Below, piece by piece: positions 1 through 7,482 of a stretch of 13,109 nucleotides of DNA. The position numbers and the translations under genes were made by a program. The DNA is from a virus (taxonomy: Duplodnaviria; Heunggongvirae; Uroviricota; Caudoviricetes), in the IMG/VR virus record IMGVR_UViG_2917849834_000005, positions 1 to 13,109 of that record; one strand, given 5' to 3'. The notes under the pieces were generated by a model. It was not told the DNA's origin, ran no database searches, and worked only from the letters and a program-made list of their open reading frames with translations. Every line of letters begins with the position of its first letter. Position 1 is the stretch's first letter.

Positions 1-219
1 TTACATCCACATAATTTGCTGCCCTGACGGCAACGGGTGCGGCCTTACGGCGTGGACTTCTCCCGGCTTCACGATGTATCGCTGTACCGACTCATAGGTG
101 ATGAACGTGGCGCTGCAATTCACGTTCTGGCACTGGTGATAACGCTCTTTTGTCGTGTCAGTGATATAGCGGCTTGTACGCGCATGTGCGGCATGCTGGC
201 ATAAAGGACAATGAAACAT
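1..219 (-). CDS. ogr: Ogr late-gene transcriptional activator (C4 zinc-finger)
   Basis: 72-codon minus-strand ORF: ATG at 219..217 preceded by GGAAGAGGTG, TAA stop at 3..1. Translation MFHCPLCQHAAHARTSRYITDTTKERYHQCQNVNC... has Cys-X2-Cys, 22 residues, Cys-X4-Cys, as in P2 Ogr from memory. The track ORF (1..282) extends to an upstream in-frame ATG that I consider non-native. Confidence 0.9.
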   Translation of the reverse strand: MFHCPLCQHAAHARTSRYITDTTKERYHQCQNVNCSATFITYESVQRYIVKPGEVHAVRPHPLPSGQQIMWM

Positions 220-253
220 CGCGAGCACCTCTTCCGGTTTTGTTGATGGTGCC

Positions 254-282
254 ATTTTAGTTAATTTATCCTTATAAAACAA
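254..282 (-). promoter_or_regulatory. Candidate sigma70-type promoter for ogr (-35 TTGTTT at 282..277, -10 TAAAAT at 259..254, 17-nt spacer)
   Basis: AT-rich 81-nt gap between the D stop (301) and the ogr start (219). Hexamers read by eye on the minus strand; no experimental or computational scoring. Confidence 0.3.
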
Positions 283-300
283 ACAGATAAATAAAACATA

Positions 301-1464
301 TCACTCATCATCTTCTGTTTCGTACTCCACATCAGAAAGCCTGACCTCAAGCTCTAAGGACGTCGTGAAGCCGCTATTATTCAGAAAATGTGTCACCTTA
401 GTGATTGTCCAGTCCTGCTCGTCTATGACGCGCTTAAAGCCTGACACTTTAACCGGTGTTTCCGTGTAAATATCTGCCCGACCGGTAGCCAGGCTGATGG
501 AGAACTCCGCAACGCCCCGTTGCAGTTTATCCCACTTCGCCTGAGCGGCGCGCATGGCCTGCGCTTTCGTGGCATATACCGTGGTCAGGGCAAAAACGTT
601 GTCAGCCTCACCGGCCATGTATTCACCTTCGCGTGCTTCCGGTACTTTTGGCGCTTTCTTCTGCCTGACCGGTTTCGCTTTCGGGTGCTCCAGTGCGCGC
701 AGGTGTTTTTCTTTCTTTTTGCGTTTCAGTTTTACCTTCTGCTTTTGCGGTTTCGGGTCTTTGGTGTGTAACCACTTTGCTGTTACGCCGGTATAGGCTC
801 CACGGTCAGCAATCGCAAAATGATGGCGGTCGCCGTCACTGCGGGTGATGGTAATCTGCGGGATTTTTTTACCGCTGGCCGTCACCCCCTGCCCCGCTTT
901 GAGAAACAGCAGTTTTCCCATTTTTACCGACACCTCACCGCCGTTGCGTTCAGCAAGACGGGTCAGGAATTTCGCATCTGACTCCTGCGACTGGTCGATG
1001 TGCGGGATTTTAATTCCGGCCAGTGGCGGAGCGACACTGGCTTCCAGCCTGTTACGGGAGGCTATCGCTTCAACAATCGCACCGAGCGTGGTGTCATGCC
1101 AGGAGCCTTCACGGCGGGAATTGAGCGTCCCGCGGAAATCTGCACTCCGGGCGCGGATGGTGACCACATCCGGCGCGCCCCGGTGTTCAACCTCATCAAC
1201 GGTGAATTTCCCTTTGCATACCAGGGCAAAACCTTTCCAGCCGATATACACCGTCAGGACAGCGCCACGAACCGGCAGCCCGACCTGCCCGTCGGCATCG
1301 TTCAGTTCAATATCAAGCTGGTCAGCCTCAAAGCCCCGGTTATCCGTCAGGGTCATGCTCATCAGACGGTCGCTGATATTGCCGGTAATATCCCTGCTGT
1401 CGAGCATCAGCATGTAATCCGGCGTCAGCGTACTGCCTGCATCAAATGTCAGCGCATCCAGCAT
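301..1464 (-). CDS. D: Tail protein D (P2 late gene D family; baseplate hub-like)
   Basis: 387-aa ORF starting MLDALTFDAGSTLTPDYMLMLDSRDITGN..., recognised as P2 gpD. AGGA lies 3 nt upstream of the ATG; the ATG (1464..1462) overlaps the U stop (TAATG). Contains a Lys-rich stretch KDPKPQKQKVKLKRKKKEK. Confidence 0.9.
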   Translation of the reverse strand: MLDALTFDAGSTLTPDYMLMLDSRDITGNISDRLMSMTLTDNRGFEADQLDIELNDADGQVGLPVRGAVLTVYIGWKGFALVCKGKFTVDEVEHRGAPDVVTIRARSADFRGTLNSRREGSWHDTTLGAIVEAIASRNRLEASVAPPLAGIKIPHIDQSQESDAKFLTRLAERNGGEVSVKMGKLLFLKAGQGVTASGKKIPQITITRSDGDRHHFAIADRGAYTGVTAKWLHTKDPKPQKQKVKLKRKKKEKHLRALEHPKAKPVRQKKAPKVPEAREGEYMAGEADNVFALTTVYATKAQAMRAAQAKWDKLQRGVAEFSISLATGRADIYTETPVKVSGFKRVIDEQDWTITKVTHFLNNSGFTTSLELEVRLSDVEYETEDDE

Positions 1465-1943
1465 TATCCTGCCCCCGTCATACCCGTGAATCTGGTCGCC
1501 ATACTGCCGGCCTTACCGATGAGCGACTCCGCCTGTTTACCGATATCGCCATAAAGCGCGGCCAGTGATTCATCAACGCGGGTGAGCGACAGCGTAAAAT
1601 CAATTTTCCGGGGTGTGCCGTCTGCAAAGAAAATACTCCCTGTTTCACTCACCTTGCTGATGACATACATGCCGTAAATCATGCCAGTGCCATCCAGCAA
1701 CGGCCACGCCCGGCCTTCATCTGCCATCAGCCTGAGCGTGGTCATCGTCAGCTTTCCGCCGGTCAGTTCGGGATAAAGCACACCGGCAAGCGTCATGTTC
1801 TCCTCACCCACACCGAGAAACTGGTAGGCATCCCGTTTACCGATACGGGAATTTGACGGCCAGCGATAATCTGATTCACGCTGCATGGTCTGGTGTGGCA
1901 GCGTCTGGCGCATAAAAACAAACATACCTAACGCGAGCATCAT
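1464..1943 (-). CDS. U: Tail protein U
   Basis: 159-aa ORF MMLALGMFVFMRQTLPHQTMQRESDYRWPS... recognised as P2 gpU. Strong GAGGAGGTG ribosome-binding site upstream of the ATG at 1943; its stop overlaps the D start. Confidence 0.9.
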   Translation of the reverse strand: MMLALGMFVFMRQTLPHQTMQRESDYRWPSNSRIGKRDAYQFLGVGEENMTLAGVLYPELTGGKLTMTTLRLMADEGRAWPLLDGTGMIYGMYVISKVSETGSIFFADGTPRKIDFTLSLTRVDESLAALYGDIGKQAESLIGKAGSMATRFTGMTGAG

Positions 1944-1957
1944 TTTTCGTCACCTCC

Positions 1958-4405
1958 TCAACCGTCATGCATCATGCTGGCACGGGCGCGCGCACGTTTA
2001 TCCCGCTCGTATTTTTCGAGCGCATCCTGTAACTGGCGGTCGAGCTGTGTCCCCGGCGCAGTACCACCCGTCAGGCTGATGTGATATTCGTTTTTACTCT
2101 GGTCTACATAAGAGCGGCCAGCCGGTGCCGTGACCGGCTGATAAGCCTGATAACCTGCATAAGAGCTGGTCGCCGGAATATAACCACCGCTGCCATACGT
2201 GGCGGCTTGAGTTCTGGCGGCGGTCTGGTCAAGTGTGTCTGACTCTTTGTTGATAACACCGAGTTTTTCCAGTACCCAGTCAATACCACTGCGCAGTTTG
2301 TTGAACGCATTAAGCGGCAGCATCAACGCGTCAGCCAGTGCCTGCCCGAACATGACGCCCGTGTCACGGCAACGGTTCAGGGTGTCCTGTGTGGCTTTAA
2401 CCGGGGCAATCAGGTTTTTAAACCACTGCCACGCGGCCTGTAACTTGTCGCCCAGCCAGTCAAACAGCGGCTTCAGTGGCGTGAACAGTTCCCCCACCGG
2501 CGCAAATGCCGCTTTCAGCCCTTCAACCACACCGCCAAAGAATGCGCTGACAGGCTCCCAGTATTTACGGATAAGCAACGCCCCGGCGACAATGGCAGCC
2601 ACCACGGCCACAACCGGCCAGCTAATAGCCCCGATGGCGGTCATAACAGCACTGCCAACCGTCGTGAAGATTGCCCCCATTGCGCCTGCTGCCGCGATGA
2701 TGGCATTGATGCCGGTGATAACCGGCCAGGCTACAAGACCAATTGCACCGATGATGCCAATCAGCGCCAGCGCGCCACCGGCAATGATGCCGATGGTTGA
2801 CGCCAGTGATTTGTTTTTCTGGATCCAGCCGTCGAGTTTTAACACATACTTTGTGGCCGTCTGCGTGAGCTTACGCAGTGTACCTTCCTGCTGGTCAAAC
2901 AGGTCAGTCCCCACCGCCTCATAAGCGGACTGAAACTCCTTAAAGTCACCACCGAGGTTATCCTGCATGATTTTAACCAGCTCTTCCGTTTTACCGTCCG
3001 AGGCTTTCAGCGTGGCGGTCAGCTTATCCAGTTTTCCGCTTGCTGCCGCTGCCAGTAAAACGTTCGCTGATTTCAGGGCTTCCTCACCAAAAATGGTTTT
3101 AAGGTATTCCCCCTTCTGAGACGTTCCCAGCTTGTGTTTATCAAAGCTGGCCTGAATCTCTTTCAGAATGGTGAACAACGGACGCATATTTCCCTTTTTG
3201 TCCGAGGTTTTAACGCCAAGCTCTTTGAGTGCATCCCATGCTTTTCCAGTCGGTGCCTGTAATCGGGTGACAATGGCACTGCTACCCGTACCCGCCATTG
3301 ACCCCCTGATGTTATTGTCATGCAGCACACCGGTCATGGCCGCTGCCTGCTCAAGACTTACACCTGCCGTCCTCGCAACCGGGCCGAGGTAAGTCAGTGC
3401 ATCACTGAGACCCTGAAAATCAGCCGCCGACTTATTCATCGTTGCCGACAACACGTCGCCCACATGGCTGACATCATCATTTGACAGTTGAAAGGATGCC
3501 TTAGTCCCCAGCAACAATTGCGCGTTTTCTTCCATCGACCGCTGGTTTGCCAGTGCCATATTCAGTGTGACCGGCGTTGCTGCCTGAATAGCCGCAGCAT
3601 CTCCACCCGCTTTCGCAATGATAATCTGCGCACCGGCCGCATCATCCGCTGAGGCGGCGGTGTTGTCGCCGAGCTGGCGCGCCTGCTTGCGGAGTGCGGT
3701 CATTTCGGCGGAGTCTTTTGCCACTCCGAGCACGGCCTGCAATGCTGAGTTTTTCTGCGCAAACTCATAACCGGGCATCAGCAGCTTAACTCCGGCCATC
3801 GTTCCCGCAGCAGCAATCCCCACACCGGCAGCGCCCACTGAGGCCATATTTCCGGCCAGTTCCTTTCCGGCCTGATAACGCTGTTTGACTGCGTTAAGTT
3901 TTGCCTGTTGCGCACTGACACGCGCCAGCGCGTCGCGCTGACGGTTAAGCTGTGCGGTGGTTTCACTGATACGGTTTTTCAGTCCCTGCTCATCATGTGC
4001 AAGATTGCGGGTATTAATTCCCACAACGGCCAGTTCCCGCTGCTGGCGTTTAACGGAATCCGTCAGGCGGTTATATTTCGCCTGTAAGTCCTCCGCCGCA
4101 CGCTTTGCGGATTCCAGCACTTTCGCCTGAGCACGGGTCGGACGTTCGGTGTTTTTAAACTGTGTGGCAAGGGCTTCGGCTTCCTGCCGTGCCTTTTCAA
4201 GTGCATGACCAGTCACGGCAAGCTGTGCGCTGGTCTTGCGAAATCCCTCAATACGGGATGCGTGACCATTCAGCTCGCGCAGTGATTTTTGTGTTTCCCG
4301 GATATCCCCCGACAGCGACTTACTCGCTGTGCGGATGGATTTAAACGGGCGGGATGCCTGGTCAACAGCCCTGAGCAATACCTGTAATTTTACATTGTTA
4401 CTCAT
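1958..4405 (-). CDS. T: Tail tape measure protein
   Basis: 815-aa ORF with an N-terminal coiled-coil-like region, central Ala/Gly-rich hydrophobic segments and a C-terminal region, typical of tape measure proteins; recognised as P2 gpT. The ATG at 4405..4403 overlaps the E' stop codon. Confidence 0.9.
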   Translation of the reverse strand: MSNNVKLQVLLRAVDQASRPFKSIRTASKSLSGDIRETQKSLRELNGHASRIEGFRKTSAQLAVTGHALEKARQEAEALATQFKNTERPTRAQAKVLESAKRAAEDLQAKYNRLTDSVKRQQRELAVVGINTRNLAHDEQGLKNRISETTAQLNRQRDALARVSAQQAKLNAVKQRYQAGKELAGNMASVGAAGVGIAAAGTMAGVKLLMPGYEFAQKNSALQAVLGVAKDSAEMTALRKQARQLGDNTAASADDAAGAQIIIAKAGGDAAAIQAATPVTLNMALANQRSMEENAQLLLGTKASFQLSNDDVSHVGDVLSATMNKSAADFQGLSDALTYLGPVARTAGVSLEQAAAMTGVLHDNNIRGSMAGTGSSAIVTRLQAPTGKAWDALKELGVKTSDKKGNMRPLFTILKEIQASFDKHKLGTSQKGEYLKTIFGEEALKSANVLLAAAASGKLDKLTATLKASDGKTEELVKIMQDNLGGDFKEFQSAYEAVGTDLFDQQEGTLRKLTQTATKYVLKLDGWIQKNKSLASTIGIIAGGALALIGIIGAIGLVAWPVITGINAIIAAAGAMGAIFTTVGSAVMTAIGAISWPVVAVVAAIVAGALLIRKYWEPVSAFFGGVVEGLKAAFAPVGELFTPLKPLFDWLGDKLQAAWQWFKNLIAPVKATQDTLNRCRDTGVMFGQALADALMLPLNAFNKLRSGIDWVLEKLGVINKESDTLDQTAARTQAATYGSGGYIPATSSYAGYQAYQPVTAPAGRSYVDQSKNEYHISLTGGTAPGTQLDRQLQDALEKYERDKRARARASMMHDG

Positions 4406-4825
4406 TCGTGTTTTCGCTTCGCTGGAGCGCCTTTTCGCGCCATGTGATGAGTTCGGTCAGGCTCATGGGATACAGTTCTGATGGCGGCCAGTGAAATATC
4501 ACTGCCACATCCGCCATCAGGTCATCTACCGACAGATTTTTCGGAAACGTCACTGCACCGAGTTCGGCGACAAAAAACCGACCACCTTACCGGCCAGTTC
4601 CACAAGGTCAGGCAGTTCCAGCGCGGCGACTTCCTGCTCGGTCAGCATCGGTGCCGTCATGCGCGGCAGCACCTTAATAAGTGCATCGACTTCGGAGTGT
4701 GCGACCGAAGCCAGACTGACACCGCGAAGCGTCCCGGCATTAGGTTTCATCAGCGTGACCTGTTTGATAACCTGCTCACCACGTTTGACCGGATTTTCCA
4801 GGGTAATCACATTTTCTTTGTTCAT
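4398..4825 (-). CDS. E+E': Tail assembly chaperone E+E' (product of -1 programmed ribosomal frameshift within E)
   Basis: Slippery heptamer T_TTT_TTG on the minus strand (plus 4577..4571) near the 3' end of E. The -1 frame stays open from the slip site to TAA at 4400..4398 (hand translation ...FFVAELGAVTFPKNLSVDDLMADVAVIFHWPPSELYPMSLTELITWREKALQRSENTNE*), giving about 142 aa in total. Same architecture as P2 E/E' and lambda G/GT. Confidence 0.8.
4550..4825 (-). CDS. E: Tail assembly chaperone E (zero-frame product)
   Basis: 91-aa ORF MNKENVITLENPVKRGEQVIKQVTLMKP... ending ...VVGFLSPNSVQ, recognised as P2 gpE. ATG at 4825. Confidence 0.9.
   Translation of the reverse strand: MNKENVITLENPVKRGEQVIKQVTLMKPNAGTLRGVSLASVAHSEVDALIKVLPRMTAPMLTEQEVAALELPDLVELAGKVVGFLSPNSVQ
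4571..4577 (-). other. Programmed -1 frameshift slippery site (T_TTT_TTG) for E/E'
   Basis: Read directly: plus-strand caaaaaa at 4571..4577 is minus-strand TTTTTTG, in X_XXY_YYZ register with the E reading frame (codons GGT TTT TTG). Confidence 0.8.
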
Positions 4826-4853
4826 GGTTTTCTCACTTCTGAATCAGGGTTAA

Positions 4854-4874
4854 CCGGTCAGCCTGGCTGACCGG
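4854..4874. repeat. Perfect 21-bp palindrome (10-bp arms CCGGTCAGCC / GGCTGACCGG around a central T) in the FII-E intergenic gap
   Basis: Every base pair checked by hand. Lies 8 nt downstream of the FII stop and about 28 nt upstream of the E start on the minus strand. As RNA it can form an 8-bp GC-rich stem with a 5-nt loop; no U-tract follows. Confidence 0.6.
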
Positions 4875-4881
4875 ATGAAAA

Positions 4882-5400
4882 TCACAGGCCGATATTGCGG
4901 CGGTGTTGCTCCAACCGGTCGACGCCGTTCACCTTCTCAATCATGTTGATGGTGTCGATTTCGACCAGCTCCTTACCGTCCATCGTCAGCCGGAAATAGG
5001 TGCAGACCACGGAGATTTTCGACTCGGTGTCTTCTCCCTGTTTACCCTCGCCGGTGTCGATTTCTTTCTGACGTCCACGCATGACCACTTCGACGGCCAC
5101 CGTTTCGCCGGTATCGTCGCGCTGGTAAGAGCCTGCAAAACGAATCGGCACAGCATCCACACCGGTTGCGGCGTAAAGCTCCCAGATAACCGAATCCGGG
5201 AAGCCCCCGAGCGACCACTCCATTGACAGCGCATCGTCATCAAGGCCGAGGTCTACCGGTGCGCTGCCGTTCATCCCCGCACCGCGATAGTTTTCGAGCT
5301 TACGAGTCAGTTTTGGCAGCGTGACGGACTTTGCAACGCCCTGATAGCTGTAGCCGTTCAGAAAGACGTTCATTAACTTGAGTTTGCGCGGCATTGCCAT
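4882..5400 (-). CDS. FII: Tail tube protein
   Basis: 172-aa ORF MAMPRKLKLMNVFLNGYSYQGVAKSVTLPKL... recognised as P2 gpFII. AAGGAG lies 8 nt upstream of the ATG at 5400. Confidence 0.92.
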   Translation of the reverse strand: MAMPRKLKLMNVFLNGYSYQGVAKSVTLPKLTRKLENYRGAGMNGSAPVDLGLDDDALSMEWSLGGFPDSVIWELYAATGVDAVPIRFAGSYQRDDTGETVAVEVVMRGRQKEIDTGEGKQGEDTESKISVVCTYFRLTMDGKELVEIDTINMIEKVNGVDRLEQHRRNIGL

Positions 5401-5412
5401 CGGTCAGGCTCC

Positions 5413-6603
5413 TTAATTGCTGTTAACCGAAGTGACCAGATTTGCCAGGTATTTATCGGTAATACGCTGGCGCAGGGTCAGGTTTTCGAGAGGAGGCACC
5501 GGTGTATAGTCGTAGTCGATATACAGTTTTCCGGCCTTGAGGGTTTCCGCATCGTTGGATTCTTCGCTGAACCAGCAGGTCGCATCCACGATATAGCCGT
5601 TTGTTTTCAGTTCACGGAATTTGGCATTAATGCCGTCAACGATGTCGCGAATCAGCGTTGCGGTTATGGGCTTATCCACAGCCCACATGTGCGCCTCAGC
5701 CATCGTGTCGGCCAGCACCTGCGCGGTGCGGGTGTAGTTTTCAAAGAGGAACAACGGGTCATCAGAGCAGGTACGGTTACCCCAGAAACGGAAACCGTCA
5801 CGGCGAATCAGCGTTGTGACACCTGACTCGTTCAACAGGTCAGCATCGGTGCCGGACTCCTGCAAATCCCAGAATACAGAGGCACTGATGCCAGTAACAC
5901 CGTTTACCCCGACGTTGGACAGCGTTTTATGCCAGCCCTGCTCCTGGTCGATTTTAGCACGCAGACCCAGCGCACGGGCGGTGGCATACGCGGTGGCAGT
6001 GGTACTGGTGACCGTATCCCATGCGAGGAAATCCGGCCAGATGACCATCAGCTCACGCTGGCTGAAATTCTGGCGGTAGGCTTTCACCTCGGAAATGGTT
6101 TTACAGCCCCATGCGCTGATATACCCGAAAGCGCGCAGCTTCTGACAGACTGATGCCAGTGCAACAGCCACCTCTTTGGTGTCCAGTCCCGGCACACCGA
6201 GAATGCGCGGTTTAACACCGGTTACCGACTCTGCCGCCAGCAGGGCTTTCAGTCCGGTGTACTGACCGTTTTCGTCAGTGGTGCCGATGATATTGGAAAC
6301 GGTCTGCGCGAGTTTCGTTTCCTCGTCGTCGCCGGTGCCGTCTTCCACACGCACGACAACGGTGACCGGTTTTGACTGGTCGGCGATGGCCTGCAACGAT
6401 GCCGCCAGCGTGCCTTTTTTACCGGCCTTTGCAATTGCGCTCTGCACATTGGTAATCAGCACAGGTTTATTGAGGGGGAAGGTTTCCGCATCCGCATCGC
6501 TGGCCGTACAGACCATGCCGACAATGGCAGTGGATACGGTGGAAATGACGCGGGTGCCGTCGTTAATCTCCAGCACCTGCACGCCGTGATGATAGTCACT
6601 CAT
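5413..6603 (-). CDS. FI: Contractile tail sheath protein
   Basis: 396-aa ORF MSDYHHGVQVLEINDGTRVISTVSTAIVGMV... recognised as P2 gpFI. GGAG lies 8 nt upstream of the ATG at 6603; first gene after a 276-bp gap. Confidence 0.92.
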   Translation of the reverse strand: MSDYHHGVQVLEINDGTRVISTVSTAIVGMVCTASDADAETFPLNKPVLITNVQSAIAKAGKKGTLAASLQAIADQSKPVTVVVRVEDGTGDDEETKLAQTVSNIIGTTDENGQYTGLKALLAAESVTGVKPRILGVPGLDTKEVAVALASVCQKLRAFGYISAWGCKTISEVKAYRQNFSQRELMVIWPDFLAWDTVTSTTATAYATARALGLRAKIDQEQGWHKTLSNVGVNGVTGISASVFWDLQESGTDADLLNESGVTTLIRRDGFRFWGNRTCSDDPLFLFENYTRTAQVLADTMAEAHMWAVDKPITATLIRDIVDGINAKFRELKTNGYIVDATCWFSEESNDAETLKAGKLYIDYDYTPVPPLENLTLRQRITDKYLANLVTSVNSN

Positions 6604-6879
6604 CCGTTTAACTCCGTGGTTAATGGGTGAGTGGTATTTTCATGTGTGCCGGAGATGTCAGGCTATTTGTCCCGGTTGGCTGAGGGATGACACAATTTAT
6701 TCTTTGTCGCTGATGAGGCGAATTTTTTATAGAGCGTGGACAGGTCAATATCAAAAATCAGCGCCACACGTTGACGTGATTTCCTCGCAGCCAGCAATCG
6801 TCCTGCCTGTTCCCACGCAGTCGATTATCTGGAGCACTGGAACTGGTCGAAATTTCCAGTGCTCCAGATATTGAATGGC
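6604..6879 (-). promoter_or_regulatory. G-FI intergenic region; expected location of the Ogr-dependent late promoter for the FI-FII-E-T-U-D operon
   Basis: Positional inference from P2 operon organisation. I could not find a canonical TGT-N12-ACA Ogr site; only a reversed ACA-N12-TGT at 6690..6707. Confidence 0.3.
6826..6870 (-). terminator. Strong hairpin (17-bp perfect stem, 11-nt loop) just downstream of the G stop; candidate terminator or stability element for the V-W-J-I-H-G transcript
   Basis: Arms 6826..6842 (TATCTGGAGCACTGGAA) and 6854..6870 are perfectly complementary, checked base by base. No U-rich tract follows on either strand, so this is not a canonical intrinsic terminator. 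Confidence 0.4.
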
Positions 6880-7482
6880 CTACGCCTCCGGCAGTTCAGG
6901 CCAGATAACATCCGGCGCTGTGCTGGTATCTGTTGCTGTCACCGCGTCAATGTAATCCAGCACAGCGTTAAGCCGGGTTGTTTCAGTTTGCGTCAGTTTG
7001 CGCCCGGCCTGCAATTTCAACTGAATCAGACTAATGGAAGCCATTGCGGCATCAATCAGCGACTGGCGCTGTGTTTCTGCCGTCTCTACTGCGACGTAAT
7101 GTTGCTCCTCAGTATCTGTCACCCATTTCTCACCATCCCATTTATCGTATGGCGTTAACGGGGCGATAGTAGTTGTGTTGTCAGGATAGTCGCCCGGTGC
7201 TGTGATTTCTTTGGCGTCACCCGTTTCGGTGTTATAGACGATTTCACCGCGATGGTCTGGCACATATTCCCATGAATTTAAATCCACAGAACGGCAGATT
7301 GCATAACCAGCCTTATGTATACCAGGTGCGTCTAAACAAGAATATGCCGGAATACCGACTCCCACAGCAAGATATTCAGTTGATGAGGAAATATATTCCC
7401 GCGTCTCACTGTCATAGTTGTAAACGATGAGGCTTCCTGCCTGAACGGCAATAAGTTCGTTATTCAATATCGCGTTATCCAT
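6880..7482 (-). CDS. G: Tail fibre assembly protein (chaperone)
   Basis: 200-aa ORF immediately downstream of the tail fibre gene, with its ATG overlapping the H stop (TAATG). Position and size fit P2 gpG / Tfa-family chaperones; the assignment is mostly positional. Confidence 0.8.
   Translation of the reverse strand: MDNAILNNELIAVQAGSLIVYNYDSETREYISSSTEYLAVGVGIPAYSCLDAPGIHKAGYAICRSVDLNSWEYVPDHRGEIVYNTETGDAKEITAPGDYPDNTTTIAPLTPYDKWDGEKWVTDTEEQHYVAVETAETQRQSLIDAAMASISLIQLKLQAGRKLTQTETTRLNAVLDYIDAVTATDTSTAPDVIWPELPEA

Noticed and set aside
1-282. 93-aa extended form of the ogr ORF starting at an upstream in-frame ATG (MFYKDKLTKMAPSTKPEEVLAMFHCPLC...)
   Set aside because: The internal ATG at 219 has a good Shine-Dalgarno (GGAAGAGGTG) and gives the 72-aa protein that matches Ogr as I know it. 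The extension would consume the promoter-like AT-rich gap.
520-1554. Plus-strand ORFs antisense to D (520..771, 554..796, 845..1417, 1000..1554)
   Set aside because: They lie wholly inside the strongly supported D gene on the opposite strand, with low-complexity or odd composition (Cys/Phe/Arg-rich) and no ribosome-binding sites. These are typical antisense shadow ORFs.
2235-2924. 229-aa plus-strand ORF antisense to the tape measure gene T, plus small ORFs at 1885..2079, 2104..2310, 3168..3392, 3778..3966 and 4162..4344
   Set aside because: All are embedded in T. The Ala/Ser/Pro/Thr-rich 229-aa translation mirrors the Ala/Gly-rich codons of T on the other strand; no independent start signals.
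4481-4870. Plus-strand ORFs (129 aa and 120 aa) antisense to E/E'
   Set aside because: They overlap the E and E' coding region, which is supported by recognisable homology and the frameshift architecture. Arg/His-rich composition suggests noise.
4903-5243. Plus-strand ORF 4903..5226 and minus-strand alternative-frame ORF 4986..5243 inside FII
   Set aside because: Both are embedded in the tail tube gene, with no start context or recognisable family.
5816-6589. Alternative-frame and antisense ORFs inside the sheath gene FI (5816..6079, 5929..6153, 6249..6449, 6278..6589)
   Set aside because: They overlap a confidently called, abundant structural gene and have no independent support.
6690-6707. 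Search for an Ogr-type late promoter dyad (TGT-N12-ACA) upstream of FI and V
   Set aside because: Only a reversed ACA-N12-TGT (6690..6707) and a TGT-N10-ACA (11665..11680) were found by eye. Neither matches the consensus, so I annotate the promoter regions positionally with low confidence.
6623-6874. 83-aa plus-strand ORF filling the G-FI intergenic gap (MGEWYFHVCRRCQAICPGW...), considered as a small Z/fun-like cargo gene
   Set aside because: No convincing Shine-Dalgarno; rare-codon-rich (AGA/AGG/CGA/ATA); its 3' end runs through the 17-bp hairpin. The gap is better explained by a terminator and promoter. Low residual possibility, checkable by homology search and ribosome profiling.
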